Shown: piece by piece, positions 31,226 to 42,058 of the stretch | How the letters are laid out: each line of letters starts with the position of its first letter | Numbering within the stretch: the first letter of the stretch is position 1 | Origin: Chitinophagaceae bacterium | Lineage (GTDB): Bacteria > Bacteroidota > Bacteroidia > Chitinophagales > Chitinophagaceae | DNA length: 63,560 nucleotides | NCBI GenBank assembly: GCA_046598205.1 | Contig: JBKJIX010000022.1 | Span: 1-63,560, forward strand | Direction: 5' to 3' | Program-made: the position numbers and the translations under genes | Notes under the pieces: generated by a model | Databases searched by the model: none | Seen by the model: the letters and a program-made list of their open reading frames with translations, nothing else | What the model was told of the DNA's origin: nothing

Positions 31226-32503
31226 TTATCTCATCTTCAACGTCACAATACTCAATACCACCAGCAACACAGTCACTATCCAAAACCTGTTCACAATTTT
31301 TACTTCATGGTATCCCTTTACCTGGTAATGATGATGCAGTGGTGCTTTTAAAAAAGCCCTTCTTCCAACACCAAACCTTCTTTTCGTGTATTTAAAGTAA
31401 CCAACCTGTATCATCACACTCAACGTTTCCACGAAAAACACACCACAGAAAATCGGTAACAGCAATTCTTTGTGAACAATAATAGCCAGCGATGCAATGA
31501 TTCCTCCCAATGTCAAACTACCCGTATCACCCATAAAAATCTGCGCCGGGTAAGAGTTGTACCAAAGAAATCCGATACAAGCACCTATCATCGCTGCAAT
31601 AAAAATGGACAGCTCTCCCAAATCAGGTATATACATTATGTTGAGATAATCAGCAAACACCAGGTTTCCACTTGCATAAGCGAATATGCCGAGCAATACT
31701 CCTATTATCGCTGATGTTCCCGTCGCCAATCCGTCTAAACCATCCGTCAGGTTGGAACCATTTGAAACCGCCGTGATAATAAATATCACGATCAGTATAT
31801 AAAGCACCCATGTATAGCTCCTCCACGAAGCCGGCAGCAACTTGGAATAATTGAATTCATGATTCTTTACAAATGGAATAGTTGTCAATGGTGTTTTTGT
31901 TTCAGTGAAATATTTTGTTTTACCACTTACTTCTCTCGAAAAAACTGACGTATCTGTTGGCGGTACTTTTCCTACATATTCTCTCCAAATTTTCACCTCA
32001 CTATGGAAATAAAGTGTCGCTCCAACTGTAATTCCCAATCCAACCTGCCCCAAAATTTTAAACCAACCTGCTAATCCATCTTTATCACCCTTTGTGTACT
32101 TCTCCCCTTTTTGTTGTGCTGATCTTTTACCTCTCAGCTTTAAGTAATCATCTATAAAACCAATGATGCCTAACCATACTGTACTAATCAGCATCAATTG
32201 CACATATATCTTTGTCAAATCTGCCAGCAGCAAGGTCGGAATGATGATGGCAAGAATGATGATGATACCGCCCATCGTTGGTGTACCAACTTTCTTTTCC
32301 TCACCTGGCAATCCTTCATTCCTGATACTTTCTCCGATCTGCTTTTTTTGTAAGAACTCAATTAACTTCTTTCCATAGAATGTTGTAATAAATAACGACA
32401 ACAAAACCGCCAGCAACAACCTGAAAGTGATAAATTCAAAGAGACGGCTACCCGGGAATTTTATTCCTTCACTATTCAGCCAATCAAATAAATGATACAG
32501 CAT
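31226..32503 (-). CDS. mraY: Phospho-MurNAc-pentapeptide transferase
   Basis: TPTMGG, DDYLK, NLTDGLDG, FMGDTGS, APLHHH. Confidence 0.97.
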   Translation of the reverse strand: MLYHLFDWLNSEGIKFPGSRLFEFITFRLLLAVLLSLFITTFYGKKLIEFLQKKQIGESIRNEGLPGEEKKVGTPTMGGIIIILAIIIPTLLLADLTKIYVQLMLISTVWLGIIGFIDDYLKLRGKRSAQQKGEKYTKGDKDGLAGWFKILGQVGLGITVGATLYFHSEVKIWREYVGKVPPTDTSVFSREVSGKTKYFTETKTPLTTIPFVKNHEFNYSKLLPASWRSYTWVLYILIVIFIITAVSNGSNLTDGLDGLATGTSAIIGVLLGIFAYASGNLVFADYLNIMYIPDLGELSIFIAAMIGACIGFLWYNSYPAQIFMGDTGSLTLGGIIASLAIIVHKELLLPIFCGVFFVETLSVMIQVGYFKYTKRRFGVGRRAFLKAPLHHHYQVKGYHEVKIVNRFWIVTVLLVVLSIVTLKMR

Positions 32504-32552
32504 TCTGGTTCCTGGTTTCTTGTTACTGGTTTAGTTTCTCTTAAATCAATTA

Positions 32553-34019
32553 TTACTTATCGAGCATCTCAAAAATTTCTTTCACTACTTCTTTATCGTC
32601 AAAGTGATTTTTCACTCCTTTTATTTCCTGGTACTTTTCATGTCCTTTTCCTGCAATCAGTATTATATCTTCCGGTTTTGCTAAACTTATCGCTGTCTTT
32701 ATTGCTTCCCTCCTGTCAACGATTGAGATATATTTTCTTTTTGCCGCGGCACTCAATCCTTCCTCCATATCTTTTATTATCTGTGCCGGGTCTTCGCTTC
32801 TTGGATTGTCACTGGTAAAAATCACCTTATCGCTGTACTCACAAGCTGCTTCCGCCATTATCGGTCTTTTTGTTCTGTCCCTGTCGCCACCACAGCCAAC
32901 TACTGTTATCACCTTTTCAAAACCTTTTTTCAGTTTCTTAATTGTTGCCAGCACATTTAAAAGAGCATCTGGTGTATGTGCATAATCCACAATTGTAATC
33001 ACCTTTTCTTTTGCCGACACCATATAGTCAAATCTCCCTTCCGCTCCTGTCAACACACTTAATGCTGTCAACACTTCCTGTTTATCTTCTCCCAAACAAA
33101 TGGCAGCTCCATATACTGCCAGCAGGTTGTATGCATTGAATTCTCCAATCAACCTGAAATGCACTTCTACATCATTCACATTCATCACCAAACCACTCAG
33201 GCTATTATCCAAAATCTTTCCTTTGAACTCTGCCAGGGTTTTTAAACTGTAGTAATACTTTTTTGCGTTGGTATTCTGCAGCATCACCGTTCCTCTTTTA
33301 TCATCTGCATTGCTGATAGCAAAAGCAGCCGATGACAATGAATCAAAGAAGGATTTCTTCACCCTGATATATTCGTCAAACGTTTTGTGATAATCCAGGT
33401 GATCATGTGTGATGTTGCTGAAAAGTCCGCCTGCATATTGCAAACCAGTTACCCGGTGCTGATGAATGGCATGTGAACTTGTTTCCATGAACACATGACT
33501 GCATCCTTCTTTCACCATCTGACTTAATAATTGATTAAGACTAATGGCATCTGGTGTGGTATGCGTTGCAGGCACTGTTGCGGAACCAATCTGATTTTCT
33601 ACAGTGCTTAGCAATCCACATTTATATCCCAATCTTGCAAAGAGCTTATATAATAATGTTGCAATAGTTGTCTTTCCGTTTGTTCCGGTTACTCCTACCA
33701 GTTTTATTTTCTCTGATGGCCTTCCGAAAAAATTATTCGCCATGTACGCCGCAGCTGCTGCACTATTTTCTACCTGCACATATGTCAGCTGTGAGTTGTG
33801 AGTTACGAGTTGTGAGTCCTCGTACACTATCACCGCCGCTCCATTTTCAATTGCTTTCTCAATGAACTGGTGACCATCTGCCGTTGCTCCCTTCACTGCT
33901 ACAAATGCACTTCCCGGTTTACTCTTTCTCGAATCAATCTGTATATCATTCACTTCAACACCTGTACTTCCTGCCACTGACCTGATCTTTACCTTATATA
34001 GTATATCGCTTAACAGCAC
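32553..34019 (-). CDS. murE: UDP-MurNAc-tripeptide synthetase (DAP-type)
   Basis: GTNGKTT, DYAHTPDA, DNPR, GKGHE. Confidence 0.97.
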   Translation of the reverse strand: MLLSDILYKVKIRSVAGSTGVEVNDIQIDSRKSKPGSAFVAVKGATADGHQFIEKAIENGAAVIVYEDSQLVTHNSQLTYVQVENSAAAAAYMANNFFGRPSEKIKLVGVTGTNGKTTIATLLYKLFARLGYKCGLLSTVENQIGSATVPATHTTPDAISLNQLLSQMVKEGCSHVFMETSSHAIHQHRVTGLQYAGGLFSNITHDHLDYHKTFDEYIRVKKSFFDSLSSAAFAISNADDKRGTVMLQNTNAKKYYYSLKTLAEFKGKILDNSLSGLVMNVNDVEVHFRLIGEFNAYNLLAVYGAAICLGEDKQEVLTALSVLTGAEGRFDYMVSAKEKVITIVDYAHTPDALLNVLATIKKLKKGFEKVITVVGCGGDRDRTKRPIMAEAACEYSDKVIFTSDNPRSEDPAQIIKDMEEGLSAAAKRKYISIVDRREAIKTAISLAKPEDIILIAGKGHEKYQEIKGVKNHFDDKEVVKEIFEMLDK

Positions 34020-34029
34020 ATATCTTACT

Positions 34030-36171
34030 TTAACTCAACTCCAGTATTACAGTTATTCCTTTTGCCAATGCTGTTCCCGGTGCAACAGATTGCATGGTTA
34101 TTTTTCCCCGACCTCTCGCTGCTACCTTTAAGCCCATATTCTCTAACAGATAAATGGCATCTTTCAATCCCATCCCTCTCACATTCGGCATCACTTGCCG
34201 ACGTACAGTAGTTGTTTTCATCACCGGTTGATAGTTATTGGCATACACACTGGCCCATCCGTTTGGCACCACTGAATCCCTGTAGGACATATTCATCGCT
34301 TTAAACACATTCTTTATATCATTGGCATAACCGGCATAGAAAAAATTCGAACTATCTTTTACTGCAGCATACAGAGATGGATTTTTCTTCTCTACATACA
34401 TAGCATGCAGTTTTGTAGCAATTTCTTTAAACACAGGTGCTGCAACTGTACCTCCATAATGTGAAGCGGCATGTGGCTTGGTGCGGATAACAACTATGCA
34501 GCTATACTGCGGTTTATCTGAAGGGAAGTATCCAACAAATGTTGCCTGGTAAACACCATGAGCATATTTAATAGCACCATCTGAAACATGGGCTGTTCCT
34601 GTTTTTCCGGATACAGCAAACGGCATACCTGCCAATGCTTTCCTGGCAGTTCCTTCTGTAACTACTGCTCTCATTGATTCCTGTGCATTTTTAATTACAG
34701 CAGGCTTACAAATACTTTCATCCAAAACTGTTGGTTCAAATTGTTTTGAAAGAACACCATTACTTTGAATACTATTTACCAAATATGGCTTCATCATCTT
34801 TCCACCATTGGCTACTGCATTATAAAGTGTAAGTGTATGCAAAGGGCTAACCTGAATCGCATAACCAAAACTCATCCAAAGCATATTACCCAAACCAGCT
34901 TCCCCTTTTTCCGTAGATAAAGGAGCCATTGTTGGCTTCGGTACATTCATCAGATCAACAGGAGACCTTTCATCGAGAAGAAATTTATGAAAGTATTTTT
35001 TAATCTCTGAAGGGTTAGTTCCGAATGCTTTATAGGCCAGTTTACTCATCCCTACGTTGGAACTATGAGCAAAACAATCTTTTACCGAAAGCGATGATGC
35101 ACTATGTCTTTCAGCATCAACCACCACTTTACCCGGTGCTACTTCCAATCTTCCTGCACCGCCAACCTGCACCATATCATTGATAGAGCTACTGCCTTTT
35201 TCTAATACTGATAAAAGTGTAGCTAACTTAATAGTTGAACCGGGCTCTGTTACCCGTAATGCATAATTATCATCCTCCCAATAAGTACCATCGGGTCTGC
35301 GACCCAGATTAGCCATTGCTTTTATCTTACCCGTATTTGTTTCCATTACAATAGCAGTACCGTACGGACCTTCGCATTGCAACATCATCCGCATCAAAGC
35401 CGTTTCAGCAATGTCCTGTATGTTTACATCAATATTTGTAAAAACATCTTTTCCATTTACCGGGTCAGTCTGCGAACCTTCTACCGGCACAGCAGTACCA
35501 CCAGCTATATAGCGGACTAATTTCAATCCGTCATGACCGCTTAATACTGTATCATAACTTCTCTCTAATCCTACATTCTGTTTTTTTGCTTTGTTATTGG
35601 CATCTTTAAATTCTCTTGATAAACCAATCGTTCTATTAGCCAATAATCCAAATGGTGTTTCTCTTTTACTGTTCACTTCCACTATCACACCACTCTTATT
35701 CCTGCCCAATCTTACTAATGGAAAATCACGGAAAACTTTATACACCTCAAAGCTCAATTTCTTTTTTAGCGGATAATACCTTGCATTGTTTTTAAATGCC
35801 AATTGCAGTTCTTTCTTATACTGTTCAGAAGTTTTATCCTTAAAATGATTAGCCAAGGAAATGGCAAAAGAGTCAACATTCTCTATAAATCGTTTTCCTT
35901 TTTTCTCTCTTAAACCATCCGCATTAAAATCAATGTAGATATCGAATGTGGGGATGGAAGTACTTAGCATTTGTCCGTCGTCGCTGTAGATAGTACCACG
36001 TTCAGCATCCAGCGCAATAAATTTCTGGTGAAGACTATCACTCATGCTGCGCCAATGGTTTCCCTGAAATTTTTGTATGTAGAAGGCTCTGCCGAGGACA
36101 AGTACACTTATCAGTACTATACCGATAAAGCTGAGGTAAACCCTCCATAATATGTCCCGTTTAACGTCCAA
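34030..36171 (-). CDS. ftsI: Class B PBP (FtsI/PBP3) with PASTA domain
   Basis: STIK (SxxK), SSN (SxN), KTG motifs; C-terminal PASTA. Confidence 0.93.
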   Translation of the reverse strand: MDVKRDILWRVYLSFIGIVLISVLVLGRAFYIQKFQGNHWRSMSDSLHQKFIALDAERGTIYSDDGQMLSTSIPTFDIYIDFNADGLREKKGKRFIENVDSFAISLANHFKDKTSEQYKKELQLAFKNNARYYPLKKKLSFEVYKVFRDFPLVRLGRNKSGVIVEVNSKRETPFGLLANRTIGLSREFKDANNKAKKQNVGLERSYDTVLSGHDGLKLVRYIAGGTAVPVEGSQTDPVNGKDVFTNIDVNIQDIAETALMRMMLQCEGPYGTAIVMETNTGKIKAMANLGRRPDGTYWEDDNYALRVTEPGSTIKLATLLSVLEKGSSSINDMVQVGGAGRLEVAPGKVVVDAERHSASSLSVKDCFAHSSNVGMSKLAYKAFGTNPSEIKKYFHKFLLDERSPVDLMNVPKPTMAPLSTEKGEAGLGNMLWMSFGYAIQVSPLHTLTLYNAVANGGKMMKPYLVNSIQSNGVLSKQFEPTVLDESICKPAVIKNAQESMRAVVTEGTARKALAGMPFAVSGKTGTAHVSDGAIKYAHGVYQATFVGYFPSDKPQYSCIVVIRTKPHAASHYGGTVAAPVFKEIATKLHAMYVEKKNPSLYAAVKDSSNFFYAGYANDIKNVFKAMNMSYRDSVVPNGWASVYANNYQPVMKTTTVRRQVMPNVRGMGLKDAIYLLENMGLKVAARGRGKITMQSVAPGTALAKGITVILELS

Positions 36172-36264
36172 TGTCCGTTGTAAACCGCCGGGTTTAGCCC
36201 TTTGGTTTGATTTAGTTGTTATTAGTTGTATTCTTGAGAAGCTTGCCGAAGCAACCTTCGTCTA

Positions 36265-36642
36265 TCAATTACTTGCAATCGAATCTTTTAGTACCACTGG
36301 TGATTTCGTCAATTCTTTCAATCCTAATGGAACTACCACCTTCACTAACTCACTTTGTTTACTCTGGTACATCACTTTACTTTTCACTGCTATATACTCG
36401 TACTTCAATTCCCTTACTTCTTTAGCTGTGCGGTTTATCTTTCGCATGGTCTTATCAGCATAGTGACCATTAAAAATGTAAACCACCGCCAGTGCTGCGA
36501 GGAACAAAAAGAACGGCACCTGCTTTACAATAGACTGATAATTCAGCCACCGCTTCCACCCTGCTTGTCCTGAAGACAAATCAGATTTCAGGTCCCGTTC
36601 TTTTGAATTTTGTCCACCGGATTCTGTGAATTGTTCCTCCAT
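36265..36642 (-). CDS. ftsL: FtsL-like cell division protein
   Basis: Single TM plus coiled coil between rsmH and ftsI. Confidence 0.85.
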   Translation of the reverse strand: MEEQFTESGGQNSKERDLKSDLSSGQAGWKRWLNYQSIVKQVPFFLFLAALAVVYIFNGHYADKTMRKINRTAKEVRELKYEYIAVKSKVMYQSKQSELVKVVVPLGLKELTKSPVVLKDSIASN

Positions 36643-36838
36643 AAATGAGTTGTTAGGCTCGTTGTTTTTGGTTTCTCATTCCTGATTTTCATCAGGAGGA
36701 TTACCTGCCGTAGCTTTAGCGAAGGCAGGGTTGATTTCAAAGGATATAGATTTCCCAAATCTGTACACCTTTATATGTTACTGTTATGAATGCTCCTTTT
36801 TATACCATCATAAACCACCTTCGCCAAAGCTTCGGTCG

Positions 36839-37828
36839 TCAAGTCTTCTCTGCCACTCTCAACTTTGCACTTCTTGATCTTGAATTTTGCTTCATCTCTT
36901 TATCGGCTGGCACTATTGGCTTTTTTGTAATCACTTTCAGTTCACTTACTGGTTCGGTATTGATAAACGGATTCTCATCCGGTTCGTCAAATGAACCCCG
37001 GCGGAAAAAATTCTTCACCAGCCTATCCTCAAGGGAATGAAATGTGATAATAGCCACTCTGCCTCCGGGCTTTAATAAGGATGGGATTTGTTGCAGCATT
37101 TCTTTCAATGCACCTAATTCATCGTTCACTTCAATTCTCAATGCCTGGAAAACCTGGGCGAAGTACTTGTTGGGATTTCCTTTTACTATTTCCCGGAGTG
37201 CATTTTTAAATCCATCAATCGTTTTGAGTGATGCTGTGCTGCGAACATCAACGATCTTTTTAGCTAATGTTTTGGAATTGGTTACTTCGCCATACTGTTC
37301 AAACAATTTGTGCAATCGCTGTTCAGTATAAGTGTTCGCCACTTCAAAAGCTGTCAGCGTCTGCCGTTGGTCCATCCGCATATCCAGTTCAGCATTGTAA
37401 CGGATAGAAAACCCTCTTCCTGCTTCATCAAACTGGTGACTGCTTACGCCGAGGTCGGCCATAATGCCTTCCACCGCTGTAATGTTGTGCAGGCGAAGAA
37501 ACCGTTGCAGGTGACGAAAGTTTTGCGGAACAAAAATGATCCGTTCATCATCCGGCTTGCCTGCCGACAAGGCAGGCAGGTTTTTCCTGGCATCATCATC
37601 CTGGTCAAACGCCACCAACTTTCCTTTTGCACTTAACCGTTCAAGTATGGCTTTAGAATGTCCGCCACCACCAAAAGTGCAATCCACATAAATGCCATCA
37701 GGTTGAATATTCAGGCCATCTATTACTTCATCGAGCAGAACCGGTATGTGATACCCGGGTTGATTGGTTAATTGGTTAATTTGTTTATCAGGTCTTAAAT
37801 TCTCAGTATCTTTTTTTGGCTTTTGCAT
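36839..37828 (-). CDS. rsmH: 16S rRNA m4C1402 methyltransferase
   Basis: HIPVLL, DCTFGGGGHS, DLGVSSHQ, FHSLEDR, RSRSAKLR. Confidence 0.97.
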   Translation of the reverse strand: MQKPKKDTENLRPDKQINQLTNQPGYHIPVLLDEVIDGLNIQPDGIYVDCTFGGGGHSKAILERLSAKGKLVAFDQDDDARKNLPALSAGKPDDERIIFVPQNFRHLQRFLRLHNITAVEGIMADLGVSSHQFDEAGRGFSIRYNAELDMRMDQRQTLTAFEVANTYTEQRLHKLFEQYGEVTNSKTLAKKIVDVRSTASLKTIDGFKNALREIVKGNPNKYFAQVFQALRIEVNDELGALKEMLQQIPSLLKPGGRVAIITFHSLEDRLVKNFFRRGSFDEPDENPFINTEPVSELKVITKKPIVPADKEMKQNSRSRSAKLRVAEKT

Positions 37829-37858
37829 TTCCTGATTACCAATTAACTGATTAACTAA

Positions 37859-38317
37859 TTAACTATCTCCCTTTCCGCCAAGCACCTGGTTACCCAGGTC
37901 ACTTAATGCATCCGAAGAAATTGAATCAAAGAACTGTTTGTACTTATTACTATCCCAGATTTCTATTTTGTCGCCTGTTGCCATCAGCACTATATCTTTT
38001 TCCAGCCCCGCATACATCTTCAAACTTGGAGGCAACAGTATTCTACCCGCAGTGTCCGGTTCCACATAAGTGGCACCGTTTAGAAAGGCCCGTCTGAACT
38101 CCCTTTGTTTTGGATCAAATTCATTTAACCCGCCAATTTTTTCGGAGAGTGGCCCCCATGTACTCATTGGGTAAAGAGCTAAACATTTTTCAAACCCTCT
38201 GTTGATAACATAGCGACTTGTTTCTTCCTCCGGCAATTGCTTCTTTAGCCCTGCCGGGAGGAGGAACCGCCCCTTGGCGTCCAAAGTAGCCTCGAATTCT
38301 CCGAGAAGTCCTATCAT
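37859..38317 (-). CDS. mraZ: Transcriptional regulator MraZ
   Basis: LDAKGR and PDTAGRILLP repeats; first gene of dcw. Confidence 0.96.
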   Translation of the reverse strand: MIGLLGEFEATLDAKGRFLLPAGLKKQLPEEETSRYVINRGFEKCLALYPMSTWGPLSEKIGGLNEFDPKQREFRRAFLNGATYVEPDTAGRILLPPSLKMYAGLEKDIVLMATGDKIEIWDSNKYKQFFDSISSDALSDLGNQVLGGKGDS

Positions 38318-38350
38318 TATCAGTGAATTGGGTCAATTGAAAAAATAATT

Positions 38351-38375
38351 AACACAAAATAACACTTTTTCCCAC
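38351..38375 (-). promoter_or_regulatory. Putative MraZ-binding direct repeats
   Basis: Minus strand GTGGG-N5-GTGTT-N5-GTGTT, 10-bp period, just upstream of mraZ. Confidence 0.65.
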
Positions 38376-38580
38376 TTAACAACTAAATTTTTGAAAATTT
38401 AATTTTCCCCCACTACTTTTTTACCTAAAACCCTTTATGGTTATGGCTTTCGGGGAATGGAAATTTTTTTTATCGAAAAAATGCTGTATAGGCTGTGAAT
38501 AGCAGTGGATAAGCTGTGAATAATACCCAACTGTAAGGTAGAAATGATGAAAACACCCGTACTTCGCAAATAATCAACAG

Positions 38581-39006
38581 ATGCCAACAACTGGTTATTC
38601 TGGAACGCCTTTATTAAAAAAACTCGGTATAAAACCGGAGATGAAAGTGTTGTTGATCAATCCGCCGGATGAATATTATTCATTGCTTGACGTAAACATC
38701 AGCGATCAATTATGCAAGAAGAATGAAATGCCAGACTTTGTTCACCTGTTTGTAAAAACTTCAAAAGACCTGATAGCTATCGGGTTTGAAACTGCAATGA
38801 AGAAATTAAAATCAGTTTGTAAAAAGAATACAACAATTACTATTTGGGTTTCCAGGTATAAAAAATCAGCAAAGATTTCGACTGATGTTACAGAAGATAC
38901 TATTCGTAACTATGCTTTGCAAAATAATTTGGTGGATGTGAAGGTTTGTGCTGTGAGTGAGATTTGGAGTGGGCTGAAATTAGTTGTACCACTAAGTAAA
39001 CGGTAG
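38581..39006 (+). CDS. DUF3052-like protein
   Basis: GYSGTPLLKKLGIK ... LVDVKVCAVSEIWSGLK. Confidence 0.8.
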   Translation: MPTTGYSGTPLLKKLGIKPEMKVLLINPPDEYYSLLDVNISDQLCKKNEMPDFVHLFVKTSKDLIAIGFETAMKKLKSVCKKNTTITIWVSRYKKSAKISTDVTEDTIRNYALQNNLVDVKVCAVSEIWSGLKLVVPLSKR

Positions 39007-39039
39007 TGTTTTTATTTTAATACAACAGTTGGTTGTACC

Positions 39040-40323
39040 ATGACAGACCCAAGAAATTTATCCATCAACGATTATACCTTCTCCCTTCCGGAAGAGAGAA
39101 TTGCTAAGTATCCACTGGCAGAAAGAGATGCTTCTAAACTACTAATATATAAGGAAGGAGAAATATCTGAAGATGTTTACAAGAACATCACTAATCACAT
39201 TCCTGAAAATTCATTACTCGTTTTCAACAATACCAAAGTAGTAGAAGCAAGATTATTGTTTCAAAAAATTACCGGCGGTGTTATTGAAATATTTTGCTTA
39301 GAGCCACATGAGCAATATGCTGATATTACCACAGCCATGCTGCAAAAGGAAAAAGTATTGTGGAAATGCCTTGTCGGTGGTGCTTCCAAATGGAAAGCAG
39401 GACAGGTATTGGAAAAGAATATCAACATTGAAAAGATTGCTTCGTCCCACTTATGGCGGGACTCGCAAGAAATACTACTAAAAGCAAGCTATATTGAAAA
39501 AAGAAATGATTCATTTATTATTGAATTATCCTGGTCGCCGGTAGCATTAAGCTTTGCAGAAATATTACACCACGCCGGTGCTATTCCACTTCCGCCGTAC
39601 ATTAAAAGATTGGCAGAAGAATCAGACACTGAAAGATACCAGACGGTATATGCCCATTTTGATGGCTCAGTAGCTGCCCCTACTGCGGGTTTACATTTTA
39701 CAGAAAATATCTTTAATGAGTTCGAAGAAAAAAATGTTCTAACTGATTTTGTAACCCTTCATGTTGGTGCTGGTACGTTTAAGCCAGTGAAAGCTGACAC
39801 TATGCTGCAGCATGAAATGCATGCTGAGTGGATTGATGTTTCAAGAAATACTATTGAAAACATATTAAAGAACCTTGATAATAATATTATTGCCGTTGGT
39901 ACTACTTCACTTCGCACCGTAGAGAGTTTGTATTGGTTGGGAGTAAAACAATTGGCAGTTGGCAGTTGGCAATTGGCAAAAGAGGCTGAAAGCACTGTAT
40001 CGCTTTTACAATGGGAGGCGTATGAGCTTGTTGAAAAAAAAATACCAGTGAAAGATGCCTTACAGGCTTTATTGAAATGGATGGACATTAACCATAAAGA
40101 AAGACTGGTTACCAAAACACAAATACTGATAGCACCCGGTTATAAATTCAAAATTGTAAAAGGGTTAGTAACCAATTTTCATCAGCCACAATCAACACTT
40201 CTTTTATTAGTGGCTGCATTAATTGGCGATAACTGGAGAAAGGTTTATGACCATGCCCTTCAAAATGATTTTCGTTTCCTTAGTTATGGAGATGGAAGTT
40301 TGTTATACCCCCTGTCCCCCTAA
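39040..40323 (+). CDS. queA: SAM:tRNA ribosyltransferase-isomerase
   Basis: PLPPYI, GSVAAPTAGLHF, LHVGAGTF, TNFHQP, YGDG. Confidence 0.96.
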   Translation: MTDPRNLSINDYTFSLPEERIAKYPLAERDASKLLIYKEGEISEDVYKNITNHIPENSLLVFNNTKVVEARLLFQKITGGVIEIFCLEPHEQYADITTAMLQKEKVLWKCLVGGASKWKAGQVLEKNINIEKIASSHLWRDSQEILLKASYIEKRNDSFIIELSWSPVALSFAEILHHAGAIPLPPYIKRLAEESDTERYQTVYAHFDGSVAAPTAGLHFTENIFNEFEEKNVLTDFVTLHVGAGTFKPVKADTMLQHEMHAEWIDVSRNTIENILKNLDNNIIAVGTTSLRTVESLYWLGVKQLAVGSWQLAKEAESTVSLLQWEAYELVEKKIPVKDALQALLKWMDINHKERLVTKTQILIAPGYKFKIVKGLVTNFHQPQSTLLLLVAALIGDNWRKVYDHALQNDFRFLSYGDGSLLYPLSP

Positions 40324-40491
40324 AGGGAAGACTTAGAACAAATAGACATTATAATTTGCAATCTTGTTCAAAGCAAAAATTTAACCGTCACTAATTGGAA
40401 AATCAGAAGGTTCTTTCCGTAAGACACTTTGCTTTAGTGAGCTATGTAATTAAAAATAAATCATTGACCTAAGTCCCCTTTAGGGACAGGG
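40310..40491. mobile_element. MITE/REPIN-like element bounded by inverted CCCCTAAAGGG repeats
   Basis: CCCTGTCCCCCTAAAGGGAAGACTTAG (40310-40336) versus CTAAGTCCCCTTTAGGGACAGGG (40469-40491). Confidence 0.6.
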
Positions 40492-40493
40492 TT

Positions 40494-41831
40494 CTAAACT
40501 TTCTTCAATGGCAGGTCAAGGGTGAAAGTGCTGCCTTTACCTAAGGTGCTTTCTGCTTTAATGTCGCCATCATGTGCTTCTACCATTGTCTTTACATAAC
40601 TTAATCCAAGGCCAAAGCCTTTTACATTATGTACGTTACCAGTATGTGCCCGATAGAAACGTTCAAAGATCCTTTTTACTGTATCCCGGTTCATACCAAT
40701 GCCATTATCTTCAATCTTCATGGTAAAATGCTTACCGTTTGATTGTGTTGTCAATTTAATAACCGGTGGTATATTGTCTTTTGCATATTTCACAGCATTG
40801 TCAACCAGGTTATTGACAAGATTTGAAAAATGAACTTCATCGGCATTGACTAAATCATTCTGAGCATTTAATTGCAATTCCACTTTTCCCTGCTTATCCT
40901 CTAATTGCAACAGGAAATTATCAACTACATCCTGTATCAATTCATGCACATGCACCGGTTGCAGGTTCAGGTCAACCTCTTGCTTTTCTAATTGAGATGC
41001 CTTTAATATTGTTTCCACCTGCCGGTTCATCCGTTGGTTCTCTTCTTTTATAATACCACTGAAATAACCCAGCTTTTCCCTGTCATTAATTACTTTTTCA
41101 TTTCGCATGGCATCTACTGCCAGCGAAATAGTAGCAATCGGTGTTTTAAACTCATGGGTCATGTTATTGATGAAATCATTCTTAATCTTACCCAGATTTT
41201 TTTGGCGTAGCATTGTCCGGACTGTAAGATAAAATGCCAGCAGGATGATAATAGTAAAAGCGATTGATGTAATAATCCTTCCACGAAGAGATTTTATAAC
41301 CAATCCCTTAATGTTGGGAACTACCACAAACAATATTTCTTTCACACTCAGATTTTCACCTGCGGTACCGCTAAGAGCTTCCAACCCAACATTTGAAAAA
41401 AAATTATTCGCCGTATCTTCTATTGCTGTATTGAAGTTGGCAGAGAATTTTTCGAAAACATTATCGCCATTATTATTAAATGAACCAACTCCAAACTCAA
41501 ACTCAATATCCTTTAACCCGTTCGCCAAAAAGGCATTCGCTAATTTTTTCCTGATTTCTTCTACATCAAACCGCTGTCCGATGGTTTGTGGTTTAAACAT
41601 GTCTATAGAGAAATCATCTGCTAAAAATCCTTTTTTATTGATTCCGGAAGCAACACTCCCTTTATGCTGAACCAGGTCGTTTCCCACTGATTTTGTGCTT
41701 TCCTGCACACTATGCTTAATCTGTTCTTTCCGCAGGAGCACCATATTCTTTATCCAGGAGATCTGGATTGTAATTATGCCTATCATTGACAGGCTTATTA
41801 AGATTGTAATAACGGTAAAAATTCTTTTCAC
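40494..41831 (-). CDS. Membrane sensor histidine kinase
   Basis: Two TMs; H-box THEFKTP, N-box NLVDNAVKY, DNGIG, GFGLGL. Confidence 0.95.
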   Translation of the reverse strand: MKRIFTVITILISLSMIGIITIQISWIKNMVLLRKEQIKHSVQESTKSVGNDLVQHKGSVASGINKKGFLADDFSIDMFKPQTIGQRFDVEEIRKKLANAFLANGLKDIEFEFGVGSFNNNGDNVFEKFSANFNTAIEDTANNFFSNVGLEALSGTAGENLSVKEILFVVVPNIKGLVIKSLRGRIITSIAFTIIILLAFYLTVRTMLRQKNLGKIKNDFINNMTHEFKTPIATISLAVDAMRNEKVINDREKLGYFSGIIKEENQRMNRQVETILKASQLEKQEVDLNLQPVHVHELIQDVVDNFLLQLEDKQGKVELQLNAQNDLVNADEVHFSNLVNNLVDNAVKYAKDNIPPVIKLTTQSNGKHFTMKIEDNGIGMNRDTVKRIFERFYRAHTGNVHNVKGFGLGLSYVKTMVEAHDGDIKAESTLGKGSTFTLDLPLKKV

Positions 41832-42058
41832 TGATTGTTGTTATTGCTGCGTAAGATAAAAAACCCTGCCAAGGATGCAAAAATACATTACTGAACCCGG
41901 TAGATATAGCTGAAGCGGGGTATTTAAGGCATTTTAACGGCGTTTTAGAATAAGTACAATACTCTCCGGGGCCGAATCAGACAACCGTTATTTACATTTG
42001 ACCGATTGATTTCTTCAACCAAAATTTTGAAAAAAGATTTTTCGCCTTAAATTGAAGT

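Noticed and set aside
29730-34019. murF and ddl absent from the dcw cluster
   Set aside because: Usual arrangement in Bacteroidota; not novel.
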